Shown: piece after piece, positions 28,162 through 41,745 of the stretch | How the letters are laid out: each line of letters opens with the position of its first letter | Numbering within the stretch: the first letter of the stretch is position 1 | Made by a program: the position numbers and the translations under genes | Notes under the pieces: generated by a model | What the model was told of the DNA's origin: nothing | Databases searched by the model: none | The model's input: only the letters and a program-made list of their open reading frames with translations | Source of the DNA: Cirrosporium novae-zelandiae | Taxonomy: Eukaryota | Assembly: GCA_026023565.1 (NCBI GenBank) | Contig: JAPETS010000038.1 | Span: 1-64,000, forward strand | DNA: 64,000 nt | Direction: 5' to 3'

Positions 28162-29118
28162 AAAAAAAAATAAGAAAAAAAGAACTTATAAACTGGGCAC
28201 TTTGGGGCTATGTTATGCAAGAGAAGTGGATTCCGCTTTCGAAAGGGGTGCCTTCTTCTTCTATGATGACGTTTTGTGTGTTTGTGTGCTGTTGCGCGCG
28301 CTAGGTTGAATTTCGGAGCCCGAACTGAACTGAACTGACACTGGATTGGATTTGGAATCTAGGGGTGGTGGGACTTGGGTTGATTGATTTTCGAAGTAAT
28401 TAACTAAACAAACAACAGTACAAAGTATGGAAACCGGGCTGCAACTGCAAACAAAGAAACGGGTAGGGTTGGGGCTGGGAGGTGGGGGGCGCTCTGTTGC
28501 TGCTGGATGGTTTTTTGTGTGTATTATAGACTGTATGTATTTATTTATTTATGAGAGCGCGTGGGAAAATACTACTACATTCTGATCCTTGGAACTATTA
28601 TTTTTTTTGTCTACCTCTCTTCTCTCTCCCTCACACTCTCTCTGTAAATAAAACTAACAAACGTGTGTGATAAAAATGATTTTTGGATTGCCAATTACCT
28701 ACCTAACTTACTCTTTCAAATATAATCAGACAAACGGAGTCGTAGCTATGCCAACCGAAAAAAAAAAAAAAAACATCAAGTTATTTATCATTTGCATTCA
28801 GATTCATTAATCGCTCAGATATTGGGCAAAGCTTTTTCTTTTGATAATGACCCGAACCTTTGCATGAATAGATATATTGTCACAAAAAAATACAAAAAAC
28901 ATCAACCACAATGTTTCTGTTGACCATATTTTGGTTGTGTTGAAAAAGTGAAAAAGGAATAAAGCAACCCCCACCCACCCCTCCAAACGAAAAGAGTAAG
29001 CAGAGACGATTGTTTACCCCATAAAAGAAATGTTATTCATCATAACTTCATTTCTGAGTGAGTAGTTGCCCACACCCACCACACAATCCATTCCCATTCC
29101 CATCATCATCATCATCAT

Positions 29119-30923
29119 CTAATTCCCAACCGGCTTCAAAGCAAAACTCTTCAAATACTCATAGTCCTCTACATTCGCATCCACCGTTTCACGTATGACC
29201 TTGGCAGCCCCAACCCCATACTTAGCGGCCCATTCGGCATCATACTCGGCCTCAGTTTTGACCTTAGCCGCCTTTTTCACCTTGGGATGTCAGCATTTAT
29301 TTTACAAGTTCGTAAAAGTTGAGGGGACCTTGGGGCTCGAAGCGCATTGAAAGGGAGATATACACGACAGAAGAAGTGCAGATTTTTTTATGGCTGACTC
29401 TCTGGGGCACACACAACAAAACAAGGCTAAGAGAAACTACCAAGGGAGGAGGGTTCTGAGGAGCTCACCTGATCTCGGGGTTTGAGGGATTGGCTGTCGA
29501 TGGCGTCTTCATGGAAGCCCTTCCATTTCTCAAAAGCGTCTTTGGCGAATGAGTGGGCTTCCTTGGAGTTCCAGTTTAGCATTTCGTCCGAGTAGTCGAG
29601 GCCGACCGTCTTGCAGTAGGCTTTGATGATACCAGCGGGGTTGTCGAGGAGGTCATCTGCGTCCACGACACAGATTTCGACGTTGGTTTTGGCTTCTTCC
29701 TCTGGTGAGGCGGGCCTTCCGGCAATCTTGGGTCCGATGATCCCCACAGATCGGAGATAGTCGAAGATGCGGCGCGTCTCGTTGAGGCCGGTCTCATCTG
29801 GGCGGAAGTTGTAAAATCCCGTGACCTTATCAAGTGGAGGGATGGTGCAGCGGTAGTATGAGGGAACAGATGAGTGGGGATGGCGGATCAAGAAGGTGAA
29901 ATGGAAAGTTTCGAGAAGCGAAGTGGGAAGGACGGTTGGGTTATTTGGTTCCGAAGGAGTTGGATAGGGGTAATAGTTATCGCCGGATGTCATTGACGAA
30001 TAATTGGTGGCCGAGTCGTAGGTGGATGAATCTTCGCTCATATCGTCGTCGATGCCATCAGTAGATATACTGTCAATTCTGTCGGTCCCAACCCCACGCT
30101 TGACAGCGAGAAGAGAGGGTGCGATTGAGGATGGCTTGTTGTTGGCAGGTACCAGGTAGTGTGCTATGTCTTTAATGAAAAGGCGTTTGCCCTAGAGAAA
30201 CGTGAGTTTTCCAGACTACAGAAGTATTGACTGCATATGCGAGTAGTTCAATGAACCAAAGCTTATAAGTCGAACTAAAAAAGGACGAAAAGATATTTTG
30301 TAGGTAAAGAGAAGCTGAAGGGGCATGCAGAATGATGAAGCGTCGAGATATATATTCTGTAGGGGAGTTAATCGACCGATCGTCAGGTGTCGATGTGGTG
30401 TGGCCATCTGGAAAATATCCGGGCTATACGTAGTAATCAAGGATGATCAAGAGATTCTCCAAAGAGAAATTAGGAAACAAAAGGGTTGAAGAATGAAAGA
30501 GAGCGAAAATAGCTCAGGAAAGTCAGGTATATTGTCATCTAAATATTCAGGTACACAGCAAGGAAATAACAACAAAGAGGGCAAAACAGGATGCAAAGCA
30601 GCAGGAGGGCAGGATCGGACCTCAGAACCCTCTCTCTCGAATCTATCCATGATTGTCTTGTATGTCGAATTGATGAAGCCCGATTCGAGTCTCCCCTGCT
30701 GGTCGTTTTTGTATCTCTCGCCTAGTAGTTCTGGTCCAAAGTAGAAGGCATCGCCGAATGGTTCGTGGACAGTTTTAAGGACATCTTGTCGAGTCATGAA
30801 GACCTGTTTGTCTGTGAGTGAGTCTCTGACCTGCCTCAGCTTGGGGAAAGATGAAAATACCCGTTCAAATGCTGTGGAGCATGCTCTAGGATGAGTAGCA
30901 ACGAAAATAGGTTTGGTCGACAT
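29119..30923 (-). CDS. P-loop sulfotransferase-like protein (resembles the N-terminal domain of BCAT-like proteins), 4 exons
   Basis: Motifs THPRACSTAFER, VHEPF, FIKDIAHY, FTFLIRHP, VVDADDLL and WKGFHEDA are present. The last exon ends ...YEYLKSFALKPVGN*. One intron is long (~30192-30618). Confidence 0.8.
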
Positions 30924-32636
30924 CTTGAATTGCCGGTGCTTGCGCTCTCAAGCTATATTTCAAGTCCTGAGGTAGGCAGTGAAATCTATTGGGTAATGTA
31001 ATAATAACAATGTGGACTGTAGGTTGGATATAAAATCCACCGAAAGAATAGTCCAAATTTGGAGCTATCGTAAAAATGCCTGCTTTGAAGTAGACTTTTT
31101 GCCAGGAAATGGGCTCTTTGGAGAAGTGCTGATAACGGAAGAGAAACACATACACTTCGATGGGAAGCAGAGCTTTTTAGGGATTTTGAAAAAGAATATG
31201 GGAATGAGCGACAAGCCATGACAAGGCTTGGAAGGACGGCATCGTAAAGGCGCTGACAAGGAAGGTTTGATGGCGTCCATTGTTGAGTGGGATTGGAAGT
31301 GGATTTGGTCCTGTCGTGCAGGCATTATGAAAGGATACAAGGTACTAATGCACACCATATCTATCCGGTGAAATCAAGATCCCATCGGGTCAAGCATAGT
31401 AGCGAACGAGAGTGACGAGAATAAGTGGTGACGGGGGGGAGAGTAAGAGGACCTGTTGTGGAATGATAGCAAGGAGGAATGGATTTTTATTATCATTTGA
31501 TATGATCCAATGGTAGTTCGGGTTGAGATGAAGGAGCTTTCTCTTTTGTTCCTGTCCAAGTCCAATAACGTCGAAAATAGGCAGAGCTTCTGATTGTCCT
31601 GATTGCCTTGGTTGCCCTGATTGCCCCGCAACCAGTTCCTAATTTAGTCTCTTTCGGGTGCCCTCCAATGATAGCTAACCCTAATCCCCGTGCCACACAC
31701 CAACCAAGCCTCCCCAACCAAAAAACTCTCGAATCACTTTCTCCCAGGTGCTCCCGCCCTGTACATCATAGTCTCATAGATTGCTTTAGGGCCAAAGGGC
31801 CAAGGCCTCCAAGGACCTCTTCTGGGGTCCCTCAACGTCAGCGTGGGGACTTAATTGAACGGCACTGGGCGGGTTGATAATCTCTTGCAACGGACCGACT
31901 GTCCGTTCCGTCTTACTTCCAGAAAAATTCAAAAGCAAAAGCGACAGGGAAACCATATCCGACCTAAATGCAACAATACAAAACTTGACTGACAGAAGAA
32001 CGCATCATCGTCAGCTGTTGCTTGATGCAGTCGCAATGTAATAGAATATCATTTCTGAAAACTTTGCTGAATGAGTTAACTGCCGTTTCACCTTGAAATT
32101 TCGTGGCGTCAAAGCTAATCAATTATCAATCAACAGGCCAAGATACGGACTGCATGATAATGCAAGCCCTCTGATTTGAAGAGGATCAAAGTATTCGTTC
32201 GGCTGTCTTTTGCCTTGTGCGCGTCGTGGAACTTGAGATAAGAACGTCCTCGTGAGCATTTCTTAACCGCGGACATTGGTGCGCATAGGTGGTGGGTGAT
32301 ATTGGATGTTCGTGCATGTTAAGATGGGTAATTCGCTGACGAATAGCTAAGAGAATGCATTTGGTGGGGATTCACCAACTCCCAGAACCGCCATCTAGCG
32401 GGAGGAGGAATATTAATGTGCTAATAAAGGGTGTCTTATGCCGGGGAGGTGGGCTACTAAATATTTGAAAATTTCTTGAACATGAAAGTTGTTCTGTTGA
32501 GCGACTATAATTATGTCACTAAAAACCATTGCGCCATTCTTCGCTTTGATGAGCAACAACCTATGAGCTACGACAAAGTTCGCCAATTTTCATGTCAATA
32601 CCAATTCCTTTGGACGTGTTGGTGAAGTTAGGTCCC

Positions 32637-32973
32637 TTATCGATCCATTGCCTTTAACCGTTGCTCGGCCGATTCTTTGGCCTCATTGGACACATTGGGG
32701 TTGCTGATAGCACTGCTCATATATGAGCAAGTAAAGAAGCAGAAACATTGGAGGATGCCTCACGCTTTCAGACCACCAGCAACATTTACTGGATTCTTAT
32801 TATCCACGTGAATTCCGAATTCCTCATCAAGAACCTGACGAGAGTGGTCCTTGGCTTCCTTAGATGTATCTTGAACCTATTAGCTATTTGACATAACTAC
32901 GGCATGTGGAGAACTTACTTGGGTTGTGGATGCTAGCCTTGTAGCCACCGATAACGTTTCCTGGGTTCGACAT
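32637..32973 (-). CDS. con-6: Conidiation protein 6 (CON-6 family), 78 aa, 3 exons; absent from the ORF track
   Basis: Exons 32973-32919, 32869-32764 and 32712-32637 give MSNPGNVIGGYKASIHNPNTSKEAKDHSRQVLDEEFGIHVDNKNPVNVAGGLKAAISNPNVSNEAKESAEQRLKAMDR*. This contains two Con-6 repeats (NV.GG.KA.I.NP..S.EAK). Confidence 0.9.
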
Positions 32974-34355
32974 GCTGTTTGATTATGGAAATTATTGTTA
33001 TTTGGAGATTTAATGGAGGCAGATATATTAAAACTGATGTTTGGCTTTTCGGATGACGAGTAGAAAGACGAGAGGTATGGATGTTTTTATGTGCTTCAAC
33101 AACTACGCAACTTCAGCGGAGTGACGCAGAAATACTACCAATACTTTCTATTTGATCAGGCATTCTCCCTCCCCATGGAATATTGATTTCATTATTGCAA
33201 ATGTGAGGGGGATCACCAAACTTAAAAAGTGGTGACGTTGTTGAGCTTATGATGTCTGGGTAGAGGTACAGGTGGCGCTGTCTATCCATATCTGAGATCG
33301 GGTTCCTGAGAATTGGTTTTTGGGAACCTCTACAATTACTCTATCTTTGAAGCAGAATTGAGGAATGTCCCTAAAAGAAATACGGATGAGAACCAATTAA
33401 TGACTTAATCCATTGGGCACGACGAGGACCATGTGATCAGGTATGTTATCGAATCATCATAACTAAACCGAATACCTCTGCAATACTTTGAACCATGTCA
33501 ACAAGTAACCAAAAGCCATATTATGCGTACGGCTAGAGCGACGTTAGGGTTTGGAGAGATGGTGGTACAGTATGGAGGAAAGGTTCAGCTCGACACAACG
33601 GTGAGGTCCGCATGCAAGAAATTCGCCACATTGGTCTTATCATAAGTCAGTAAGAATGCAGACACGGCAGACAATCATTAGTCCATTTTGAGCACATTAA
33701 TGATAATGATAATAAGGAGCAAATAATAGATGTTATAGATGGTAGAATTTCCTCGAGCTTTCCCAAGGACCATTTTCGCTGCTTCAGTCTTTAAGTGAGA
33801 GATTGAATAATGAAAAATGGGTAGATATCAACTAGTCAAACTCTGCATCTGGCATCTGCGACATCTAGAATGCATTGTTTGATTCTGGGCTGGGCTAGAA
33901 AGGACGGTGAAGTCATGAAGTGCAGTAGAGTAGAATAATTGGAAGGTTAGAAGCCAAAGTTACATGTAACGAAAAAGGATCAAGTTAAGGCCGAAAGATA
34001 GGTCGAAATGCTTGACCTCCTTTTGTGTTGTTTGCTGTTTATGCAAAAGCCAAACAAACCAGGCGGTAGAAGAATGTTACAGCTCAGTCCTTCCCAGATT
34101 GAAATAGTTCCTCCGAGTCTTGTTACACCACGCGTGTCTGTTGAATGAATTGTCTCTCCGTTGTTTCGAGAAGATTTTCGCTCGACTCCATGGCGTGACT
34201 AACCACCCCTCGGTTATCAAATAATCAATGATGACGTCGCTACAAATATTATTAATCTTTTGTCCCGTGCGTTGGAGATTTTGATGTCGAGGAATATTTG
34301 AATAAGACAAGCTCGAACTCCTAAATGTGACTACAAGGGAAAAGTACTGCTAAAC

Positions 34356-35212
34356 ATGGCACAACCACGCGTTCTACTTTTGGGAGGACATGGAAAGGTC
34401 GCCTTGCTTATGACCCCTTTGTTTTTGGCACGGTCCTGGCATGTTATCAGTGTTATCCGTGACCCCGCACAGAAAGCAGAAATCTTACAAACCGGAGAGG
34501 GAAAGCCTGGAAAAGTTGAAGTGCTTGTGGAGAGTTTAGAAAACACAAAGAGCGAGAGGGATGCTCGGAGAGTCATTGATCAAGTCAAGCCGAATTACGT
34601 TGTCTGGTCTGCTGGTATGTCTGATCGCCTCAGCTCCGCTAGATTCGTTGTTATTCTCGCGCTCTAATATTAGTTATAGGGGCCGGAGGCAAAGGAGGCT
34701 CTGAAAGAACATATGCCATCGATCGTGATGCCGCGAAATATTACGTATCCAGCTCCATCGGTACCCCATCTGTTACAAAATTCCTGATGATCTCTTACCT
34801 CGGCAGCCGTAGGAATCGTCCTCCATGGTGGAACGGTGATGCCTGGACTCGCTGTCAACATGTAAATGAGAAAATTCTCCCCCATTACTTTAAGGCAAAG
34901 GTCGCTGCAGATGAACATTTGGCTTCGCTGGCAAATACGAGGAGTAGAGACGGAGATAATAAGTTCCAAGCCATCTGCTTAAGGCCTGGAACTTTAACAG
35001 ATAATGCTGCCACGGGAAAAGTCGCCCTCGGGAAAACAGGATATGGTTCTACGGATCGAGTTACAAGGGCTGATGTTGCCGATGTTGCAGTCCAACTTCT
35101 GGCGAGAGACGATACTCATGGATGGCTGGATTTGTTGAATGGTGATGAAGATATCCCGTCGGCCATTGAAAGGGTGGTGAGAGAAAAAATTGATTGTATC
35201 GAAGGAGAATAA
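34356..35212 (+). CDS. NAD(P)-binding Rossmann-fold protein (atypical SDR, YMR090W-like), 2 exons
   Basis: VLLLGGHGKVA, VVWSAG|AGGKGG, YFKAKVAADEHL, CLRPGTLTD and VTRADVA. Intron ~34615-34679. Confidence 0.88.
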
Positions 35213-36056
35213 CTGAATGCGAAATGTATAAGTTAGTCAAAAGCATAAGTCTTCTATTTGCGGGTTATGCTTGATATTTTTACCCAAAGCAGTCTTTTCA
35301 ATTACTTTCTGCAGACCGTTTTAGGACAACTAATAACGGGCCGAAGATCAAGGGAGGTAATAGTGGTAATAGTGGTAATAGTCTTCGATAGCTTCGATGC
35401 TCTCTTTCTCCGCGTTGCGAGGCGAGACGTCGGAATCATGTTTCAGCGCTAAATGAAGCCCGCCAACCGGAAAATATCTTCAGGAATCAGAAACAGAAAC
35501 AAGAAAGTCGAAGCAACGGCTAATTTGTTCAATACATGTTCCGTCTAATCAATGCCATCCCTTCATCTCTATCGTATAATATTTTGAGGTGATTGCGAAA
35601 AAAATAAATTGAAGTGGCAATAAGTTATGAAAAGGCCACGGGGGGATTTTGTTTTTGAGGATTAAAGCCATGTCGAAGCGTCGACTCCGTATCCGTGCAC
35701 CGGTGTTTCGTCCATCTTGATTTATTGATTCATCTGAAAACCATTTTAAATGAAAACAACTCACCAGGAGGGGATCAGATCAACTCCGCGCACGTTAATG
35801 AATCTGTCCAGAATGGATCAACTCCCAGTTGTCGTTTTCCGCCAATCGTGTTTCATATTTAACAATTGTTAGTATTGAGAAAATCAGTATAAATATATCC
35901 CCCATGTCTTCTCTGGTATTCCTTTTCTTCTCATCATCTCCTACCATTCCAAAGTCAATAATAATTTCTTCTTGAAGCCGGTCTTCATAAACCCTCACTA
36001 TCATTCTTTTGGTACTTTTTTGTCAATTCACTACCACTCGCAAATTTCTCGACAAG

Positions 36057-36922
36057 ATGAAGTTCTCAAGCACCCTTATTGCTCTTTCGGCTGCGGCTTT
36101 GGCCACTGCCACTCCGACTCAGACCCTCGAGAAGCGCGCCGAAATCTGCGGACAATGGGATAGCGTTGCTACTGGCAGCTATACCCTCTATCAAGATTTG
36201 TGGGGTGAGGACAATGCCTCGTCAGGCTCTCAATGCTCCGAGGTAGACTCATGCTGCACCGACGGAATCGCATGGCACACCTCCTGGACCTGGGCCGGAG
36301 GATCCTCTGATGTCAAGAGTTTCGCCAACGTTGTCACCACCATCACGGCAAAGAAAGTGAGCGCTGTTTCCAGCATTGAGTCCGAATGGGACTGGAGGTA
36401 TGTTCTCTCTCCCCGCTCTAGATCGGCATTAGATCCTAACATGGTATTACAGCTACACCGGTACCGACATTGTCGCAGATGTCGCCTATGATATCTTCAC
36501 CTCCTCCACTGCTAGTGGGGATGATGAGTACGAGATCATGATCTGGCTTGCCGCTCTTGGCGGCGCCGGCCCCATCTCAAGCACCGGCTCCACAGTAGCT
36601 ACTCCCACCATTGCCGGTGTCTCATGGGAGCTTTACAGCGGTTACAACGGCGACACTAGAGTTTTCAGCTTTGTTGCAAGCTCTAAGCAGACAAGCTTCA
36701 GCGGTGATTTGCTCGACTTCTTCACCTACCTTGAAAGCAAACAGAGTTACAGCTCCAGCCAATACATCACTAGCATTGGCGCCGGTACTGAGCCTTTCAC
36801 GTAAGCAACCCCCACCTCCTTCCCAACAAAAACCCCTTCCCCTTCGAGATATATACTAACAATTTACCAGTGGTACCGATGCCGTGTTCACCACCACCAA
36901 GTATTCTTGCGCCATGGTATAG
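36057..36922 (+). CDS. Secreted GH12 endoglucanase/xyloglucanase, 3 exons
   Basis: Signal peptide [18 protein letters not shown] and a KR cleavage site are followed by [26 protein letters not shown] and GTEPFT|GT, which include the catalytic glutamates. Confidence 0.93.
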
Positions 36923-38091
36923 AGCGACTTCAAGCTTCATTTTGGAAGTGAGGCGTAGAAGGATTATCAAAAAAATATTCATGTACATAGTGCTCGGCTC
37001 TTTTTTCAGCCAACCCTACTTAAATATTCAACAAAAAAAAGTGTTCCGCATTTATGTGAACTAATATCTGTTTCTCCTGCTATCCAATAATAGAACAGTA
37101 GATAATCTTCGTTTAGAAATCTTTCTTTTCTCCCTTCTCGAAAGCCATTAAGCTCCCGTGTAATGGCGGCGCCCCCCTCTAAGCTTTGCATTAACCGGAG
37201 TGAACCAAGCTAATTTACCAATTATGGTTGTTATATAAGCGCTAGCTACTGCATAGTCTAACCCGGCATAAAATGATCGTACTTGAGTAAAAAACTATTG
37301 ATTTTCGGCGAGGATTTAGAACCGCGGGGGGAGGCTTGGAGAACAGGAGGAAAATATCTGCTAACACTGCCCCCCAACTCCTCACAGCCTCATAGAAAAG
37401 AAAAATTATTCAATTGACTTGATATTATTAGTGGTAAGTTCTTTTTAAACTGCGTACAAAGTATTCATGCAACAAAGTACCTCGGTAGGTACCTAGGAGG
37501 GTTAACTATGCAATTCTCGAGAGGGCTCCGGACCCACAGCACGCACACATGACATAGCAAACTATTGTAACAACATCTCTTCCTCTTGACATATGCAGCC
37601 ACCCTAACATAAAGCTAGCGGTTTATTCTGCTGCTTACTATCAGATAATGCCGGATGTTTTTTTTATATTGAAATTGGGGCTGTGGAAACCTCGATTATC
37701 AGGCTGTAAAATGACTCCGCCCCCGTTTCTGCCTTGGGGATCATATTCCTGCAGCGGCCCCCCAACTATCCAAGTAGCCATGAACCACGACATCATAATA
37801 CTGGAACCATCTTCTCGATGTATTGTTTTAAAAGTGACACCCTGTCCCTCCGATCTCTGATGCGCCCTGTATTTCTCGCACGGTGGGTACTTCATTGTCC
37901 AAGCCTCTCTGCAAGCTATCGTTTTAGGAGCTTTGGGATTGACATTCACATAACATTCCACAAGGTGAACTTCTCATGTCTTGCTTCAAGATTAGGAAAA
38001 GCTTACTTTTATTATCAGGCAATAAACATTAGTTTTCAATCTGCGGATCATCATCTGTTTTCCTTCGATTGACCCTGAACTCCTAGTTAGG

Positions 38092-39306
38092 ATGACCAGC
38101 AATTGCATAGTAGAGAAATATCCAATTGACGTTGAAGATGAATCATCGATCGGAAAAAATGTGCCTTCAGCTTCTTCCCCTGTTCAGTCAATCAGCCCAT
38201 CCAGTACTTTCGAAGAACCCTTACACATTACTTGTCCAAAATGCAAACATTTCCACACTGGCATATTGATCAGGATATTCAAAAATCCAAAATACCATCA
38301 GCGAATACGTTGCGAGAGGTGTAGGCAAGATATGTTTGGCCTGGGCTCCAATTCCACACAAACGAGCCTTGCATCCGAAGAAACTCTTTCTCCAGTAAAC
38401 AGCTGGAAGATTGCATCCACCCAGGCACCAACTTGCTCCAGTAAAATCCCCAGTATCAGGATTGATACGTCAGGTGGCCCTTCCAAAGGTGGAAAATTAA
38501 CCCCGATCGTTGAACAAACACCTAGCCTGCGGAGCCATCAGAGTAGTGAATCGGATCTCAAATCCCGCCGGTCAGCTCTTCTTGCCCCTCCTGGTTCGCT
38601 AGGCCTTCGACCGAACGATGAAGCCGATATTCGAGCAAAGGCGGTTTCACGCGGTAGTCGAATCCAGTTATTGGTCAAGAAGGTCAAATCCAATGTTAAA
38701 TACCCTCTATCTCGCATGCTCAAGCCCAGGCACTGGATTCGTTTTCGATCACGTGCAAATTGCAAGGTTGTCGAGGGTCGATCAGAGACGCCGCCACGGG
38801 AACGAGCTAAACCTTCTCTCTCATCAGATAGAAGAACTATTGTTTCAGAAGTACTGGAAATTCACAAACCTCAAATTGAGCATGTACCCAAGAACTCTGA
38901 CAACACTGCCTATGAGCATGGTCGAGATCATAGCGAGAGAAATCAAGAAACAGACAAGCGACAAAAAATACATCGCATCCGCCGGGAGACTACACTGCAT
39001 CGTCAAGCACTGCGAAATTCCCAGTGCTTATGCACACAAACTTGCTATTGCATCCATGGAAGAGAGATGCCCATGAACTCCAATGTGGCACCCAGAATAT
39101 CTATGGATACGGATAGTATAATTGCGAGACCTCCTGGCTCAATCTCGGTCTCGAGTCTTTCTTCGCTGCCATCCACTGCCACGATGCCTTTGAACCAGAG
39201 CAACAACGAGGATTTATTTAGGAACATGGGAAACCAGTTTCCGCCTCAGTCTTTGCCCGAGCTTCCTTACCACCAAGTGCAGGCATTTCAATCTGTGTTT
39301 TTCTAA
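38092..39306 (+). CDS. Hypothetical protein with Cys-rich putative zinc-binding motifs (3' end uncertain)
   Basis: 404-aa ORF with CPKCKHFH...CERC near the N-terminus and CLCTQTCYC near the C-terminus. Confidence 0.65.
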   Translation: MTSNCIVEKYPIDVEDESSIGKNVPSASSPVQSISPSSTFEEPLHITCPKCKHFHTGILIRIFKNPKYHQRIRCERCRQDMFGLGSNSTQTSLASEETLSPVNSWKIASTQAPTCSSKIPSIRIDTSGGPSKGGKLTPIVEQTPSLRSHQSSESDLKSRRSALLAPPGSLGLRPNDEADIRAKAVSRGSRIQLLVKKVKSNVKYPLSRMLKPRHWIRFRSRANCKVVEGRSETPPRERAKPSLSSDRRTIVSEVLEIHKPQIEHVPKNSDNTAYEHGRDHSERNQETDKRQKIHRIRRETTLHRQALRNSQCLCTQTCYCIHGREMPMNSNVAPRISMDTDSIIARPPGSISVSSLSSLPSTATMPLNQSNNEDLFRNMGNQFPPQSLPELPYHQVQAFQSVFF

Positions 39307-40492
39307 ACTAGCGGTTAAGGGCTTGTTAGTGCACATCCAGACCCAGGATTTATCGGACAATATCTCAACAACTCTGCAACCAGGAGAGGCGGCCCATCTC
39401 GGCGTGAGGCAACTCAACCAGTAGGAAGGGCGAGTACCTATTTATAGGCCTATATCATGATTCGTTAATACCGGAGTCGAGGTGAAACAGAAATCCATTC
39501 ACTACTAAGGCAGCGGAAAAAGAAATCATGATAAACTAAACATTTTCATATACAAAAAGTGGTATTTTGTAATCTTTACTTTGCACGAAGTTGATGCTTT
39601 CTTGGGGGCTTTGATATGGATTTTGGCACTTGGCGTGTGGATGTTATGTGACATATTTTTGCATCATGGGAACGGAGCATAGAAGGATACATGAAGCTCT
39701 CGGAAAGAATTCTAGTAATGCCGCATGTTTTCGGTCTGCCGTTATCCCTTTATTGCAAAACGTCTCTTGGAGATATTGCACCATGACGGCGTTGCTCTTG
39801 GCATCTGTTTTGGAGGCTGGGACTCGGACTTTGGATCTTGATGCTTTAGTCGAGACATTGTGTTCAGGCGCTGGAGGAGTGTCTAGATACCCGTACAAAA
39901 ATTATTCCTTCGATTAATGGAAATAGTTCGTCCCTGCCATCAACACCCTTTGAACTTCGATCCTGCCCTATCCTGGGAATGTCTTCGCTCGTGATGTGGT
40001 GATGATTCGTACATGCTACAAGTAGTCTTCAACGAGTTGTCGTCGCTTCCTTACTCCAATGTGAAGGTCGTGAACAAAGTCATTGTTAACAACCGAAGAC
40101 TTGAGACGAGTCAAAAGGAAAGTGGTAGGGCTCTAATGATTCCAACTTTCTTTCTAAAGACTAGAGGCTATTGTTGGTTGATGGTCTGGAGAAGGTGCGT
40201 ACCTCTTTTCCTAGCTTGGCTCCTCTAACTATATAAATCGAGGTAAGACATGAAAAAAAACAAGTCTGACAAAGTTGTGTTAAGTTTCCTACTTATTCTT
40301 AGGAAAGAAAAGTATAACTTAGGGGGCAAAAAAAGGTAGTGACTGAAAAGCTGCGTTGAAGGCCGTGTCTTACCTTACTCCCAGCTGCCTTTAGAATTTC
40401 CAAAGCAAACAGTCCTGACCTTATAAGCACCTCATTACAACCCACCTTTTGATTTATTTTCTATCTTCACTTACTCTATCATCATCAAGAAG

Positions 40493-41745
40493 ATGACAAG
40501 CCTACCTAACACAAATATGCAAACGATGAATGGAAATCCAAAACGCATGGTACCACGGCCACCTCGACGGCCACATGCTCATGCACCTCTAACCCCCCCC
40601 CAAGTGGGATCTGAGGGCATATTCCATGTTGCTGGGTTGACAGTGGCGAGAGAAATTCAAGCAACACCAGACCAAGTATTCTAGATGTCTTCCCTTCCCC
40701 GTTATAGAAGTACCTGTCTCATAATTTGAATTACAGAATTGTTCATATCAACCCCGACTGGATGTCCAGGGGAGACCTCCGAGTTCACAAGAGTCTAATG
40801 AACAGCTGCAGCAAACAAATCGGCAAGATCGAAATCCCTTCACGTCTCAGCTGCCGGCGATAGATGGCACTGGCCAAAATGGACATCTTTCAACCCCCCC
40901 AAGCCATCCTACTTCCAATGGGACAATGCCAGTCAGGCGCAGTATGGCTTCACATCCCTTGGGGTTTATCCAAGTGGCAAACGAAGGCTCTCTCCCCGTC
41001 CATGAGGCCCGCACCCACAATCCAAATTATGATCCAGACTGGACTTCTCAGATGCTCGCTCGAACTGACTCCCTTAACGTCTCCTTTTCATCTCTTGAAG
41101 CGGTACATGAAACTCTCGAGTGGAAAGAGTTCTCAGAGACTTCGAAACGGACGGAGGAGAAAGTCTCATTCTTTTTTAAAAATATTAATCCAGTAGAGAT
41201 GGAGTACTATCGGGTGAAGCATCTCGAGGAGGAGGAGAATGAGAGACTTAAAATGGAAAAGGTGGAAACAAAATTTCACTTGGGACCAGCCACAAGATGG
41301 CAACCTGAAATGGAAGGGAAAGAAAGACGACGACGAGCTAGGTTTGCCGTAGCTGACAAGAATTTGGCTCACGAAAGCTCTGCTGGAAATGTTAAACCAG
41401 GTACCTACCTACTTGATAGTGAACCCTGTTAGCCAAAAGCACACATATGAACTATTTACAGGAAGAGGACCTCCCGCAAACATGCTACAGCTCGAGCAAG
41501 GAACAGCTTTGTATCCTAGGAACCCCTACGACCAACTTCATCTATGGACCGAGGACGGCCATGTAGCACAGTGTCCAGATGCTCTCACGGAGGATTGGCG
41601 AAACTTGGATCCGAAAACCCACTGGTCGGCTTGCAAGGTGTTCAATCTCCCCCCGGGCCCGATAATACCATCTGTTATTAGCAAGTTTGCACCTCATGAA
41701 AGGAAGAGAATGAAGAAAAAGGGGGAGGAGAAGAATAACTACTAG
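40493..41745 (+). CDS. Hypothetical protein, 3 exons
   Basis: The frame stays open across introns ~40676-40736 and ~41401-41461, joining ORFs 40493, 40926 and 41389. No recognisable family. Confidence 0.65.
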
